Notes under the pieces: generated by a model
The model's database searches: none
Seen by the model: the letters and a program-made list of their open reading frames with translations, nothing else
Told to the model about the DNA's origin: nothing
Assembly (NCBI GenBank): GCA_048013815.1
Contig: CM106585.1
Coordinates: 11,780,001 to 11,844,000, forward strand
DNA: 64,000 nt
Source of the DNA: Setoptus koraiensis
Taxonomy: Eukaryota > Animalia > Arthropoda
Direction: 5' to 3'
Made by a program: the position numbers and the translations under genes
Shown here: piece by piece, positions 36,951 through 50,232 of the stretch
Layout: every line of letters starts with the position of its first letter
Numbering within the stretch: position 1 is the first letter of the stretch

Positions 36951-37365
36951 CGGACGCGGTCTGAACGCTCACGATAGCTAAGTGATCGGACGGAGCGTAT
37001 GTAAATTCGGCCGGCGAGCCGGCCGCCAAGACCTGTTTGCGGTTGCCGGCCGCCGCTCGGTCGGTCCGCTCGCCGGCGGTTGCCCGAGGCGAATAATTGG
37101 CCCATGGTAATTGGCGGCAATATTTGTATATTGGCTCATGGCGGCAGTCGCCGCAATTCGCCATAGCAAACAAGTGTGCTGTGCGGTGATTTGGTGGGGC
37201 GACGCTCTCTCGCCCGATGCATGCCCGCAGCCGGCCGTCACCGCAAACGATTTATGCCGCTTACCCGGCCGCGCTAATGACAACTATTATTGCATAACTC
37301 TCTCTCTCACTCCGTTTGTAGTCTCTCACTGTGTTCGTATGCAGGCCATATTTTCATTTTTTCAT

Positions 37366-37442
37366 GCTCACATTTTATCATTTTCGTGCTCACATTTTAT
37401 CATTTTCGTGCTCACATTTTATCATTTTTATGCTCACATTTT
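37366..37442. repeat. 22-bp minisatellite (gctcacattttatcattttcgt) x3.5
   Basis: Unit starts at 37366, 37388, 37410, 37432. Confidence 0.9.
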
Positions 37443-39087
37443 CGTCTGCGCTCGCAGCATAAACGGCCCGATGCTCGTAAAAGGCGCAGCAACAGTCTGC
37501 CGGCCGCCGAGGTGACCAGTGGCCATAACAGCGATTGTTTGTTTGCGAGCCACTTGTGTGCCACTGACCGTCGGCGACCGACGCAGCGGTCGATAGGTCG
37601 CGCGCGCCGCCATATCGCACCGGCAATTGGTGCCATGCGGCCGGTGCAATATGGAGCCGGACAAGCGAAGAGAACGGCCGGCCAGCGCCGAGGCGAAAAC
37701 GGAAGGAGTTGGCCAAATCAGGCGATGAGTAGGTGATGATGACGATGGCGAAAAAATGAATATTCATACGTGATTACGCCGCTCGTCCGGGGCATGAATA
37801 TAGATGTTTGCGTTAACACATACGTAATGGCTCCGCTGGCATGTCCGTTGGTCATTGTTGCGCTCGGTTCGGTCGGTGCGGCCGCCGACGAATGCGCTCC
37901 GACGCGGCACACGCACGGACGCGGCTTCTGTCCGCTCCGGCCGGGCTTCGGGCGCGATTTTCGCCGCAACTTGCCCGGCGATCTCCGCCGCAACCTGTCC
38001 GGCGACCTCGGCCGCCACCTTTGCTGCAATTTCGCCGCGATTTCGCCGGGCAGGCGATCGCCGGCCGGCTAAATATAGGCCATGCAAATGGCCGAAATCG
38101 TCGGCAAGAGTTAATCGGGCGCACAGTTGAACCGGCGGCGCGGGCGCGTGATTTTTCGTGCGCTCGCCGGGCCGGGCCGGGCCGAGGCCAGCGCTCATGT
38201 GATCGCCTCAATGTGATTGGCGGCCGATGGCGCTCGAGCGGCCGCAATCGGCCCATTGATAGACTCGCCACTCAACTGCGGCCGCCCTTTCCAACAGCAA
38301 GTGGCCGACAGTGGTCCATTCAGCACTAATTCGGCCATTCTGGCCGGCGCACTGCGCCGTAATGAACTGGCTGGACGCAACGGCGCAATAAAGCCAAATA
38401 AATCACCTTAAAGGCAGCGCCTAAATGTGTTTTGGTCGGTGGCGCCACCATTAGTGTCGGTTTCAATCAGGCCGATTCTCGCCGATTGCGGCTGTGCTCG
38501 CCGTCGCGATTGCGTCGCTTCGAATCCGACTCCGAATCGCGGATTGCGAATTGCGAATTTCGAATTTCGAATCGCCACTCCGAATCGCGAATGGCGAATT
38601 TCGAATGGCGAACTCAGAGCCGAGAGCCCGTCCGAGCGCCATTCAAAGCAATCGACCATGGAATTTCGGGCGAGCGCGGCCACATTCGCGCAAGCCCGAA
38701 AGTGGCCGCAGCCCGGCAGTGGCCGGAGTGGCCGCGTCCGAAATGTTGCGCGCAGCCACTCTCGGCGCTCGTTTGGCACGTTATCGGCCGATTGCGCCCG
38801 GCGGGCCGGGCGCGGACGATGCGCCAACCCGAGCAATGACACGCATTGTTGGCACTCGTCGGGCTCGCCGTCCCACTCGCAAGTGCGACTCGCCGATCTG
38901 ACGAGCCAGCCCGACTCGCGAGTCCGACGGCCCGGCAACCTGTCGGCCGGTGCGAGTGAGCGGCTGCTCGGCGAGCACCATCGCGGATCGTTTCGCCGAT
39001 ACTGAATCCGACGATTCGTCGTCCAGTATCATGCGGCATCCGCACCGATCCGCCGCGACGGCAGCAGCGGCAACCACGCCAACGAGC

Positions 39088-39117
39088 CAACAACGACAGC
39101 AACAACAACAACAACAA

Positions 39118-39170
<53 letters not shown>

Positions 39171-39185
39171 ACAACGACAACAGCA
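39088..39185. repeat. (CAA/CAG)n microsatellite
   Basis: Directly visible. Confidence 0.9.
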
Positions 39186-42100
39186 CAGGTATCGATGTTG
39201 CTCGGCGCTCAATCATTATTTATGCTGGTGGCTCATCGATCATCTCTGGCTCTCGGTCGCTTCTCCGAACGGCCGGCGCCTTCGAACGGCCGGCCAGCCG
39301 AATCACCGGCACGCCCCTCGTCTCCTCATTCAAGCGGTCGGCTCATTTCGGCGGCCGCTCGGTCGCTGGCCGGCACTGCGAAATTGCGCAATTGTGCGCA
39401 ATTGTGCGCAATTGGATGCACGCCGGCGATTGATGCCGATGAAAAATTTCGAGAATCCCATTCTCGGCCGCTGGGCTTGTTGGCTTCTCGGCCTGTCCGG
39501 CCCGGCGCTTCTCTCGCTTGTTGGCCGGCTCGCCGCTTCTTGGCGGCCGCTCTCGACGCGAATCTCGCCGGCCACTCTCGACGGCCAACAGTCGGGCCGG
39601 TCGCGCAAACACGAAATCGCACTTGCGAAATCGTATTTGCGTCGGCGAGCTCGGCACGCTTGCTCGCAACCTGGCTGCATGACGCAACCTATAGGGCAGC
39701 CCGGCAATAATGATACTGCAACCAAATGATAATGCAACTTAATGTGTGTGCAACGCTAACGAGCAGTGATATATATCCGACTTGCAGCGAGTTGTCAGTG
39801 CTCGCTGCCATGATCACTCATCGGGCTCGTCGGGCCGTCGGGCTGGCCGGGCCGTCGGACGCGCACCGACGATAATTGTTTGCCGGCGAGACTCGATTCA
39901 TCACTGCCAAGCGCCGGTCGCCGTCGCTGCCGGTCACTCCTAATTATTATCTAATTAAGCAAATTAACGCGTGCTGTTGGCCGTTGCGATTTCTTTGTTT
40001 TGGGCCGGCCAGCGTTTGCGCCGGCGCTTCTTGTCGGCCCGGCCGGGCTCGTCGCGCTGTTAACAAGTGCGCCGGGCAACACTGTTGCGCGGCTGCCCGC
40101 TCGGCCGGCCCGCCGCAGCGGCCGGCCGCGTCCATTCTGTTGTTTGTCCGCAGCAGACAACAGAATTGATTACAACAGCAACAACAACAACAACAACGAC
40201 ATGATATCAGAGCCGAATTCACCTGTTGTTGTCGCTGGCTGATCGCTGCCGGTCGCTCATGACGCCGACTCGCTCATGATGATTACCCAGAGCGACAGAC
40301 GAACGGCAGATACGATTGCGCAACTGACGGGCATCATGGTAGCGCCGGCTCGCTCATTAGTCCGTCATAATCTCTCATCTTTCTCGTTTCGCTCGGCCGT
40401 TTCGTCTCGTTTAAATTGGCCGACTTTGGTCGTTGTTTATCGCGCCAATTGGCAAATTTCGCTGTCCGTTCGCTGCGAATCGCCGGCCGCCAATTGTCGG
40501 CCCGTCGGCCGCCGATGGTCGGCTCGCCGGCCGGCACTTGTCGGCTCGTCGGCGATTCGCGCCGGCCGGCGGCCGGCTGCCCGATTGCGCGCCGTCCCGC
40601 GCCGGAGCGGCCCGCGAAACTCGATACAGCAGCCAGTCGGCGCAACGGCCAGTCGGTGTGCCGGCCAGTCGATTGAAAAGATGCGAGGCACAGCGCGCCC
40701 ATTTGCACGCTCACTTAGCCCATTCGGAGCAGCGGGCTCATTTGGCTCGTTTAGCGGCCGCATTTTAGCGCATTGCTCGGCGCGCACTAATTGCTCCAGT
40801 TGCCAAATTGAGCTGTGGCGCGGCTCGATTGAGCCGCTCAATTTGAGAGCGAGCACAGATTCGTCGTCATGATGATATGACGTAATATGCGCGATATAAG
40901 ATGATCGTCGCACATTGTGAGAGATTATGATGATAACAATTGCGTCATACCGTCGGCCGCCGCCGTCGTTGCGTCACACAGCCACCGCCAGTCATGTCAG
41001 CCGGTCGTGTAATGGGCCGGCCTAATGACCCGCTCAGACACCTCGGCGACTCCTGTGCCGGCGTCGGGCCGCCACTGGTCACTGACGGACACTGTGCCGA
41101 GACCGAGCGGCGATTGTGTGCGCCGGCCGTCCGTTAGCGCGCTCGGCCGGATTAAAACATCGTCGTCGTCGCTGTCGGTGATGATTTTGAGACAGGCGCG
41201 CAAAAAAGCGTGACAATCGAAGTGAGATGAGATCGTGATTATTTCGTTATTCTTGCCGGCCCGTCTGTCGACTCGCCGCTCGCTGGCCCGGCCAACCGGC
41301 CGAACCGGCCAAACTGGCCAAACCGGCGGCCCAGCAAACCGGCCGGACCGCTGGCGTACCGAGACGGCGCAACACGCCGGCCGACGCCCGCTCTGGCGTG
41401 TAATGATGGCCGGCATTACATAATTTGGCCGCGTTTGTGCGCACGGCCGCAAGCGCTGGGCCGGCCGCCGACTGGCCAGCGCAGCGGCCCGCTGACCAGC
41501 GGCGCAGGTCATCGCCGGGCACAGCCAGTGGTCATGTTGCGCAGTTAGTGGTCACTTTGCGCGCTTCGCTGCACACCAGCGGGCGGACCACTTGTTGTGC
41601 TTGTTCGTACGTCGCCGTTTGTCTCGCCGTTTGGCCGGCGACATGGCGATATGGCGAGACGGCATACTTATTGAGCTGTTACTGCCCGTCGGCCTATATC
41701 GGCCGCGGCCGCTCTCGGGCCGGCCGGGCTCCGGCCGGCCAGTGCAACAGTGCGGGCCCCGCGGTCCGGACCGCGCGCAGACCGCTTCTATGTGCGCTGA
41801 CACTGGCCGACACTGTCTGCCAGAGTCTGGCGACCAGACGCAGCGCCGCCGCCGTCGCGGCTTGTCGGGCGTGCCGGACTCGGGCGGCCGGAGTGTGGCG
41901 CGGCGGCCGGCCGACCTTGGCCGGGTAACGCACGAGCTGCTAGCGGGCGCACATTAATTAGCTGGCCGAATCCTTTGTTTTAATTCACAGTTGTTGCGCA
42001 ACAACTGGCTGTCAGTCGTTTTATTTTTGTTGTTGTTTTGTTTTATTTTCGTTTTATTTTTATTCTTATTCTGTGTTTTATTTCATTCTGTTCTGTTTGG

Positions 42101-45100
42101 CCGTTGCCTTTATGCGTTCGCCATTCACACTGCGCAGCCGTCCACTCGCTGGCTGGCCGCGGCCGCGATCCGCCGAGCTAGCGAGATGGCGCAAGATAAT
42201 GGCCAGTCGTGATGGTCAATCCCATTCGCTGTTGTTTGGCCGGAGTGGCCGGAGTGGCCGAGCGGCCCGACGGGCTGGCACAAACACACAAAAGAGGCAG
42301 CATCCGCTCGCCGATACGAGTATTGCCCGGCTGGCACACACAAAACACAATTGGTCTCGCGAGCGCCGGCCACGGCTACCCGCCGGACAATACTCGGCAA
42401 CTCGCAGCTTCATTAGCATATTGTAATTGATACAGCTGCTCGCCAGTTGCGTAACCATGCAACAGCGCCGGCCCGAACACAACAGGTGATTCGGTGTTGC
42501 GCACATGGCACAATTGGCACAAACAATTGTTCCTGTTGCACCTGTAACCTGTTGTCCCGTGCCGTGCCGTGTCTGCCGCGCCGCTGCCCCGCACGCCGGG
42601 CCGGCGCGGCCAGAGGCCAGAGCGCGGTGTCCCAGTTGAAATTGATACGGCACCATTGTGCCCGTCACAGTGGCCGCGCTGGCCAGCGGTCGGTTGCTCC
42701 GGCCAGCGGTCGGTTGCGCGCACGCACACGCCGTCGGCCGGCCGACCGGCCGGCTACCCGCTGTGCCGATCGACACTGGCGAGCCAGTGTTGGCATGTTG
42801 TAAACACCAGTCGGCCGCAGCACGTGTGGAAGCGGCGCTCTGTGCGGCGCTGCGCGCCAACAGTTGGCACAGTTCCCGCGGCCGGCCAACGTCCGCGGCG
42901 CCTGTCGGGGCAGCGCAGTTGCACAACAACCGCGGCCCGACCGCCGAACAGGTGACGTTGATTGACAGCCGCGCGTCACAGGGGCACGACATTGATGCGC
43001 GCAGCGATGCCCGGCGCTCGACGCGGCTGTTGCCGTTGTCGCTCACACAACAGCGACCGACTCGCCCGAACCGGGTCGGTTGCTTGCCCGGCCAGCCGGA
43101 CGGCGGCACAGCGCTGCGCGTGTGCCGAGCGGCGGCGGTCTCGGCTCGTCAATCCCGAGCGAATTCGGGCCGTCGATGTGCGCCGGTCGCGGCGCTCGCT
43201 GGCCCGAATTCGCAGCCCGGCGCGGTTGCGATCGTTGCGACTCTGGCGACTCTGGCGATCGGTGCGGTTGTTGCGCGGCCGCAGCTCGACATGCAGCGCC
43301 TGTGACGCGCCAGAGTCGGTCGGACAGGCCGCCGACGGCCGGACAGCGGCCGAAAAGTGACGTTAATTAAACTGCGCTGCCACTTGTCGGTCGGGCGCGC
43401 GCGGCCGCTCGTCGACAGCGGCCACTGACAATGCCCGACAAAAATGCGGCCCTGTCGCGAACCGCGACCCGCAATCGCCAGCTCGGGCTCGTTGCGACCA
43501 GCCCGGAATTTGACCGGCCAGCGGCCCGCTCGCCGCTGCGACCGAACGCTGGCCGCTCGCCGCGGCGATACCGCGGTTCCATTGATTGCGCAATTGTGTT
43601 GCGCCTTGTTTTAATTGCGCGCCAGCGGTGGCTCGCATCAGAGTCGCACCGGAGTCGCGTCACAGTGATGAGGCGCTCCGATGCGAGACTCCGACGATCA
43701 GATTGTTGGTCGAGGCCGGCCGGCGAGACGGGCGCAAATGGCAGTTTATTTGCATACCGCGCGATGATTGTTTGGCCGGCCAGCAGCACACCCATCGGCG
43801 CAACAGCAACAATAATTAATTATTGCTGTTGCTAATTGTTTGTTTTGTTGTTTGCTGCTTGTTTGCGCCGCCGATACAAGTGCGTCGATACAATGCGCCG
43901 TTGATAGCTCGACGAGTGTGTCAACACTGGCCGATAGTTGCAGCTCATGCCACAACAGCGCTGACGCAACGCAAACACAAAGCCACCACTGCGGACCGAT
44001 GCTGACCAGTGCTGACCAGTGCTGACCAATGCTGCGCCCGTGCCCACTCCATTCCGGCACAATGGTAATTAGCAGTTAACCTTGATATGGCCTGATATGG
44101 CCCGATCAACGGCAGAGAATCTGACGCAACGCTCTGACTGCAACGGGCAACGGGCAACGGCACTCGCCAGGTGAGTTGCCAATTAAAAGGTGCTGATTAA
44201 TTACGGCCGCGTCGGCTCTTCGCCAGCAATGAGCCGGCCCATGCGATGGCCGGCCAATCAGCGAGCCACTCGATGGGCCGAACAAAGGCCGGCTGGCTGG
44301 ATCGAGCGAACAGAAACGGCCAATTGTGTCTAGTTAACATGAGCTTGCTGTTTGTTTTGGTCGGTCGCACACAATATCCGTACTACGCATTCCGTAGAGA
44401 ATATCTGGCCAACTTTACGGTGGCCAGATATTCGCACAGTCCCGGCAATGCCGTCGCCAAGACGTAAATTTACGACTGAATCCAATGGCAGACGCTTTCG
44501 GCCAGCTTGCAGCGCCGCCAATAGCTCGCGGGCGACCAGCGAGCCACCCAACAGCCGCTCACCTGTCGCAATTCGCCTGTCGCAGTTTACCTGCCGAGAG
44601 CGACCGGTTGTGGCTCGCCAGACTCGGCTGTCGTTGGACTGTTGATTGGGCGGCCCGACGCCGACAGCGACCAGTATGCGCGGCTCGTGCGTCCGACGGC
44701 ACGTCGCCGTCGGCCCCAGAAACGACGAGACGCGCCGGAAATGACGAGGGCAGCCGTTTCGCGCCCTTTCCGAAACTGGCCGGGCGGCACGCATGCGCCG
44801 GGCCCGGCGCGATTTGTTTTGCATATTGGCAGCATTGGCAGCATTGGCAGTGTTGGCGCATAATTAGCCGCTCCGGAAATGATAATGTCGCGCGCAAATT
44901 ATCGGCCCGTTAGTGCGGCCGCGTTCGAGAGGCACTTGTTGTTGTTGTTGTTGTTGCGACTTGCGCTCACAGTCACTGTCAGAGGTGAAGGTCAATGACT
45001 TGTGGGCGATCGGCGAGAGTGAGCGATGATTTTCACTCGTTGCTCATCTAATTGATGAATATTTATGATTATGTTTGCAACGTGAATACCATTAAATGTA

Positions 45101-45895
45101 GCGGTTGCTATATTTAGCAGGCGCCAACAGCGGCCGCTAATGCATTTAGCTGCAGCACACACACTTGCTGCTGCTGCAGCTTGCTGTAAATGCTGTAGTG
45201 TGCAAGCAAGCATGTTTAATTATTAGCGTCATTATCATGCAAAAGTCAACCGTTTTAATCCATTCATAAACACGATCAGCTGATTGCGCCAAGCTGGCAA
45301 TGGCCGTGATGTCATCTGCTGCTGCTGCTGCCGGCGCCAACGACAGCAACAACGGCAACAACAGCGGCAACAACAACACGGCAACAACAACACGGCAACA
45401 ACAACAACATGAACATGAATGAAAATAAACAAACAGACGGACGAGCAAACAAAAAAGGAACATAGTAATAAATAAATAAATATATTCAAATATGCAAATT
45501 ATATGCACGCGCTTTCTCCTATCACCAAACAACTTTCTTTGCCGGCTCCACTGACACACTCGCAAGCGCAGTATCTAGTTCAAAGTCAATGCAACTTGAT
45601 ACACTGATGCCGCACACAAACTAGTCACTTCACTATCCGCGCCGCGGCCAACTGATGCGGGCCGACACTGCGCCGACCGACGTTTCCGCTACCGGCTCAC
45701 CTGTGTGTCCGGCTGCCACTGACAGCGGTCAGCTGAGGGTCAGCCGGACAGCGCTATGCAAAACGTCGGGCCAACTGTTTGTGTGTTAGCCGCAGATTGA
45801 GCCATTAATTAGATTGACCGTTAGGCGCCTCTCAGTCTGTCGTCGGCCACTTGCTGCAGTCACCACTGTCTGTCGTATGCTAATGGGCAAATCAC

Positions 45896-45935
<40 letters not shown>

Positions 45936-46095
45936 TGCTCGAATACGACACACACACACACCGCCGGAATGCGACACACGCACTCGAGTGCGAGATAATT
46001 GAATTGGCACCAATCACCACGGGCGCCTCATTATCGACAGCTGACTGTGACCGGACAAACACGATACACGCCGCAAGCAATTGAGCGGCTGACAC

Positions 46096-46653
46096 TTACG
46101 TAACATATAATATTGCCCACTGTCACTCACATAATATAATATCACTCAGTGTTACGTAATGCAACATCACTCACTATTACGTAATATTATATTTCTCACT
46201 ATCACGTATGCAATAGTGTGTGCAATGGTCAGCAAGTTCAATGTCAAACACAACAACACTACACAACAATGACGGCCAGTTCACCTGTGCGCGCAACTAA
46301 TGACGCTGAATGACGCAAGAGAGATATTATTAGATTGTTATTTTCACACACACTTGTAACTATTATTATTATTGGCTGCTAACTGCTGCTGCTGCTGCTG
46401 CTACATAAGTTATGTTACATAAGTTATGTTACACAAGTTATGTAACATCGCCAACGTTTGCACACGCCAGTGCTGGCCCGAGCACAGCCGACCGAGCATA
46501 AACATAAAATAAAAGCCAGATAGTTGCGCAACAACTACACAACAACCGCCTGTTACAACAACAGCCTGTTACAACAACTGCCTGTTACAACAGATATCTG
46601 TTACATAATATAGGATGGACATGACTGTTAGGCCGCGCGGCAACATTACGTGA
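46096..46653. promoter_or_regulatory. Cluster of PAR/NFIL3-type bZIP motifs (candidate enhancer)
   Basis: TTACGTAA at 46096, 46152, 46177; TTACATAA/TTATGTAA at 46415, 46438, 46601; AT-rich island. Confidence 0.4.
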
Positions 46654-47949
46654 TGCGCTGCCCCCATGGCGCATTGAGTGGCCCTCATGGAATACGGCCC
46701 GCCGTATTGATCACATCACTCGCTTGTGTTTGAGTTGGCCAAACTGGCCAAACTGGCCGAATTGGCCAAACTGACCGAACTGGCCGAATTGGCCGGACTG
46801 GCCGCAGCAACGCGAAGCCGTAGCGGCCATCGGAAGCCCGCGAGTCGCAGCTTTTGATTGGGCCTGCGAGCCAGTTTGCGAGTCGCAGTTTATTGGCAGA
46901 CAGTAATGATAATTGTTGCCAACACATGAGCGCCGCTGCTGGCCACGGCGCAATGTTGCGTAATAGATATAAATTGATAGATGGCCAGTTTTAGCAGTGT
47001 GTTTGTGTGCGTTTGTGTGTGAGAGAGAGAGAGACGCTTTTAATTGTTGTTTTGCACTTGTTACGAGCCAATTTATTGGCTCTGTCCATCTATTAGCGCT
47101 GCCTCGTTGGCCTTTATTGCGTCATTCGGCTGCAGCTCGATTTATCGGCAGCCGACTGCCGGTGACTGGCCAACAATCGCAAAATGTTGTTGCTGTTGCC
47201 GCTGTTGTTGCTGTCGCTGGTGTTGCTGCTGTCGCTGTTGTTGTTGCTGTCGAAGCACAACAACAGCAACAGCAGCAGCAACAACAATGTTGATAGTGCG
47301 CCGGTGTCTGTGGCAATAATAATAATAACAAGTTGATATAGTTAAATTATTATTGGGCTAATCGTGTCCACTATAATTGTTTGCCAGGTTGCCAACACTG
47401 TGCGCCGCTCAACAAACAGGCCGGCTCACACTCAGTGACCGGTGCGCTCATTGTGTTGCGTAACTTGACTATTCTGGCGACTCTTTAATTAAATGAGCCA
47501 GCCATTATTGGCCTCGTGTTTTCGCTGGCTCGATCGCACTTGCCGCCGCCGTCTCGCTCGTTTGCCTCGTCGGCTGCTGGCCGTCGCCTTGCCCGACCCG
47601 GCAATGGTCGCGGACCCGGCAACGGCCGCGGACCCTGCAACGGCCGCGGACAGGGCGACGGCCGCGGACAGGGCGACGGGGCGCACGAAGCGGCCAGCAA
47701 CGATTATTTCTGGCCGCTCTCGGACCGATCTTGGGCCTAGCCAAGGCTGCGCCGTATCGCCGACGAGGCCGCCCCGAAAGTTGGCACCTATTGCTACACT
47801 TTTTGTGCCACTCTCAGGCTCGCTTCAGATTGCCAGCGCGACGCAACCAGAGCAGACAGATAGATTCGTTTGCCGCCGAGTTGCTGTTTCGGGAAAACTT
47901 CGCGAGACGTTTCTCGAGGCTTTGCGCCCTTGGCGGACCTTTGCGGACA

Positions 47950-48110
47950 TTTCGCATCATTTTGCGTCATTTCGGGCAGTTTTCGCATCGTTTCGGAGAG
48001 TTTTCGCGTCATTTCCAAGAGTTTTCGCAGCATTTCGGATCGTTTCGTATAATTTCGGAGATTTTTCGGATCGTTTCGAAAAATTTGCGCACCATTTCGG
48101 AGAGTTTTCG
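47950..48110. repeat. Degenerate 10-11-bp periodic array with TTTCG cores, ~16 units
   Basis: TTTCG-like cores at ~47950, 47961, 47970, 47981, 47991, 48002, 48012, 48023, 48033, 48043, 48053, 48064, 48074, 48084, 48095, 48106. Confidence 0.85.
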
Positions 48111-50172
48111 GCTTGCTCCGGGGAGCTTCGCGCTGTTCCCGACAGTTTCGCCAGCGAGATCCGAGGGAGAGAGTTTTCCGATTTGCTGCGATTCATTTTC
48201 TGGCCGACGGAACGCCGGCCGCGGAACAGTTTGGCGCACCAGCAACAACCCGGCGCAACGCAACATCGAAAGCGTGAGATCCTAATGACTTCGCCAGCTA
48301 CAACATTAAACATTGCAGCCATCGATCGATACAACAGGCCACCAATAGTCCGGTAATCAAGCGGCTATGACGTAACCTGATCCACTTTACCTGGCCGAGT
48401 GCTGGCCGGCCGGCCGGCAGTGCGCTGTTGTTGAGTGTGTGCATCGTATCTCGAGATATGTGAGAGCGATGAGGTCATCGGGCATGAGAAGCGCCCATCT
48501 CACGACGAGCTAGCAACTAAGTTAACAACAACAACAACAACAACAATCATAATCTATTGTTTTAATCTAAATTAACCTCTTAAACTTTAAAACTTAAATT
48601 TTGCCCTCTGCGCTCGCCGTGTTTATCGTTGCGCTGCTGCCGTCGTCGCGCCGCCGTCGTCGCGCCGCCGTCGTCGTTACGTAACGCAGCGCCAGCCGGA
48701 CAACAAAGGTGTCAGACAGTTTAGAGGATAGTTTGGCATCAGTTTAAACAATGAGCCACTCATTAATTGATTGCATTTTAACACCTATCTAAATTTGTTT
48801 GCCGAGCGGCCAGATTTCGAGCGAGTCCTCGAGCCGTAAACCGTTGTCGGAACATCCACGTTAGGCCCGAATTAATGGCACAAATTAATGGCGAAAACAA
48901 GTGCACTCTCGCACTTGCTATTTCTGGCTGTTTTCGGCTATTTTTCGCAAACATTTTCGCAAACTTGCAATTGGCAACCTGCAAACGAAGCCCGATAATC
49001 GGTTGCTTGGTCGCTCATCTGGTCGCTCTCGGCTGCTCGCGCTCCTTGCGGATAAATTACGTATCACCATTATGCGTTGCTCATGCCAGTACGCCGGTCA
49101 CTTGCCGGTGGTGCCCGAGTGGTTTTCTGTGTTTGTGTCGGCCGGCCGGCTGAGCGGGCCGAAACCCGATCGGCGGCAGCAAATAATTGCAGGTTTGCGC
49201 CGCCGCGCCAAAACCGATCGGGCCGGCAGCGATCGTTACCAGCTACGACGATCATTAACGCGGGCGCAATCAGCGTCCGAACATGCAACCGATTTGGGCT
49301 TCTTTTCTTCAAAACTCTGGAAGAATTCTCAAGAGAAATCGAGAAATTCAGCGAGCGCGAGAATTATGCGCAAAAAAAAAATGCAGCGCGTGCTGACGCA
49401 ACGCATTTTTCGCTCAATTTTCTCGCGCTCACTGAATTTCTCGGCAGTTTTTCTCCGCTTCTCTAACATTGTGAATGCGGCCAGAGAGAGAGAGAGAGAG
49501 AGAGAGGGAAAGAGAGTGCGACTGGCCGCGAATGACCGCTCCGAAAAAAAAAATGGCACAATAATGGCCGGCTGCGAATTGCCCGAAAAACGGTTGGCCT
49601 CCTTGGCGGCGTCTGTGCGAGCGATCGGGTATTCCGCACGGCAGCCGGCAGCCAGCAATTGGCCTAATTGCTCTAATTATTGCATCATCATGGGAACTCG
49701 TGCGAGCACACTGTTATTATTGTTATTATTACTATTATTGTTATTGGTATGTTATGTAATGCTGCTTATGTAATATTGCGTTAGTGTGTTGCGTAATGTT
49801 GCGAAAATAACAATATTAATAATAATAATAATGATATGTGCGCAACATGATCAAACAAGTGGCCGCGGCCGGCCGATTGGCGAGCCACGGTGTCTGATCA
49901 TGATCGATTAGCGATTACCGATCATTAATTGATCAATCAAACTTGTCTCGACAACTGTAACTAAACGACGACGGGATCAATTCTGTCTATTCAATTTCGT
50001 TCGGCCTGCCGCCCAGTCTGTGGCGCGGAGTTGCCGTAGGTTGAGACAAACTGAAATAGGTTGGCGGCTGACGGGCATATCTGGATCACATGTTGATCGG
50101 GTCCAATCGGATTCAGTTCGCTCCGATTCGATTTGATCCGATTGAGTTGCGAGCTGAGAATTCGCTCGCTCA

Positions 50173-50232
50173 ATGACTCGATGACTCGATGACTCGATGA
50201 CTCGATGACTCAATGACTCAATGACTCAATGA
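50173..50232. repeat. 8-bp tandem repeat atgactcg x4 then atgactca x3
   Basis: Directly visible. Confidence 0.95.

Noticed and set aside
38520-38615. GAA/TTC-rich 7-bp repeat resembling heat-shock elements
   Set aside because: The spacing is GAAnTTC rather than the nGAAnnTTCn required for HSF.
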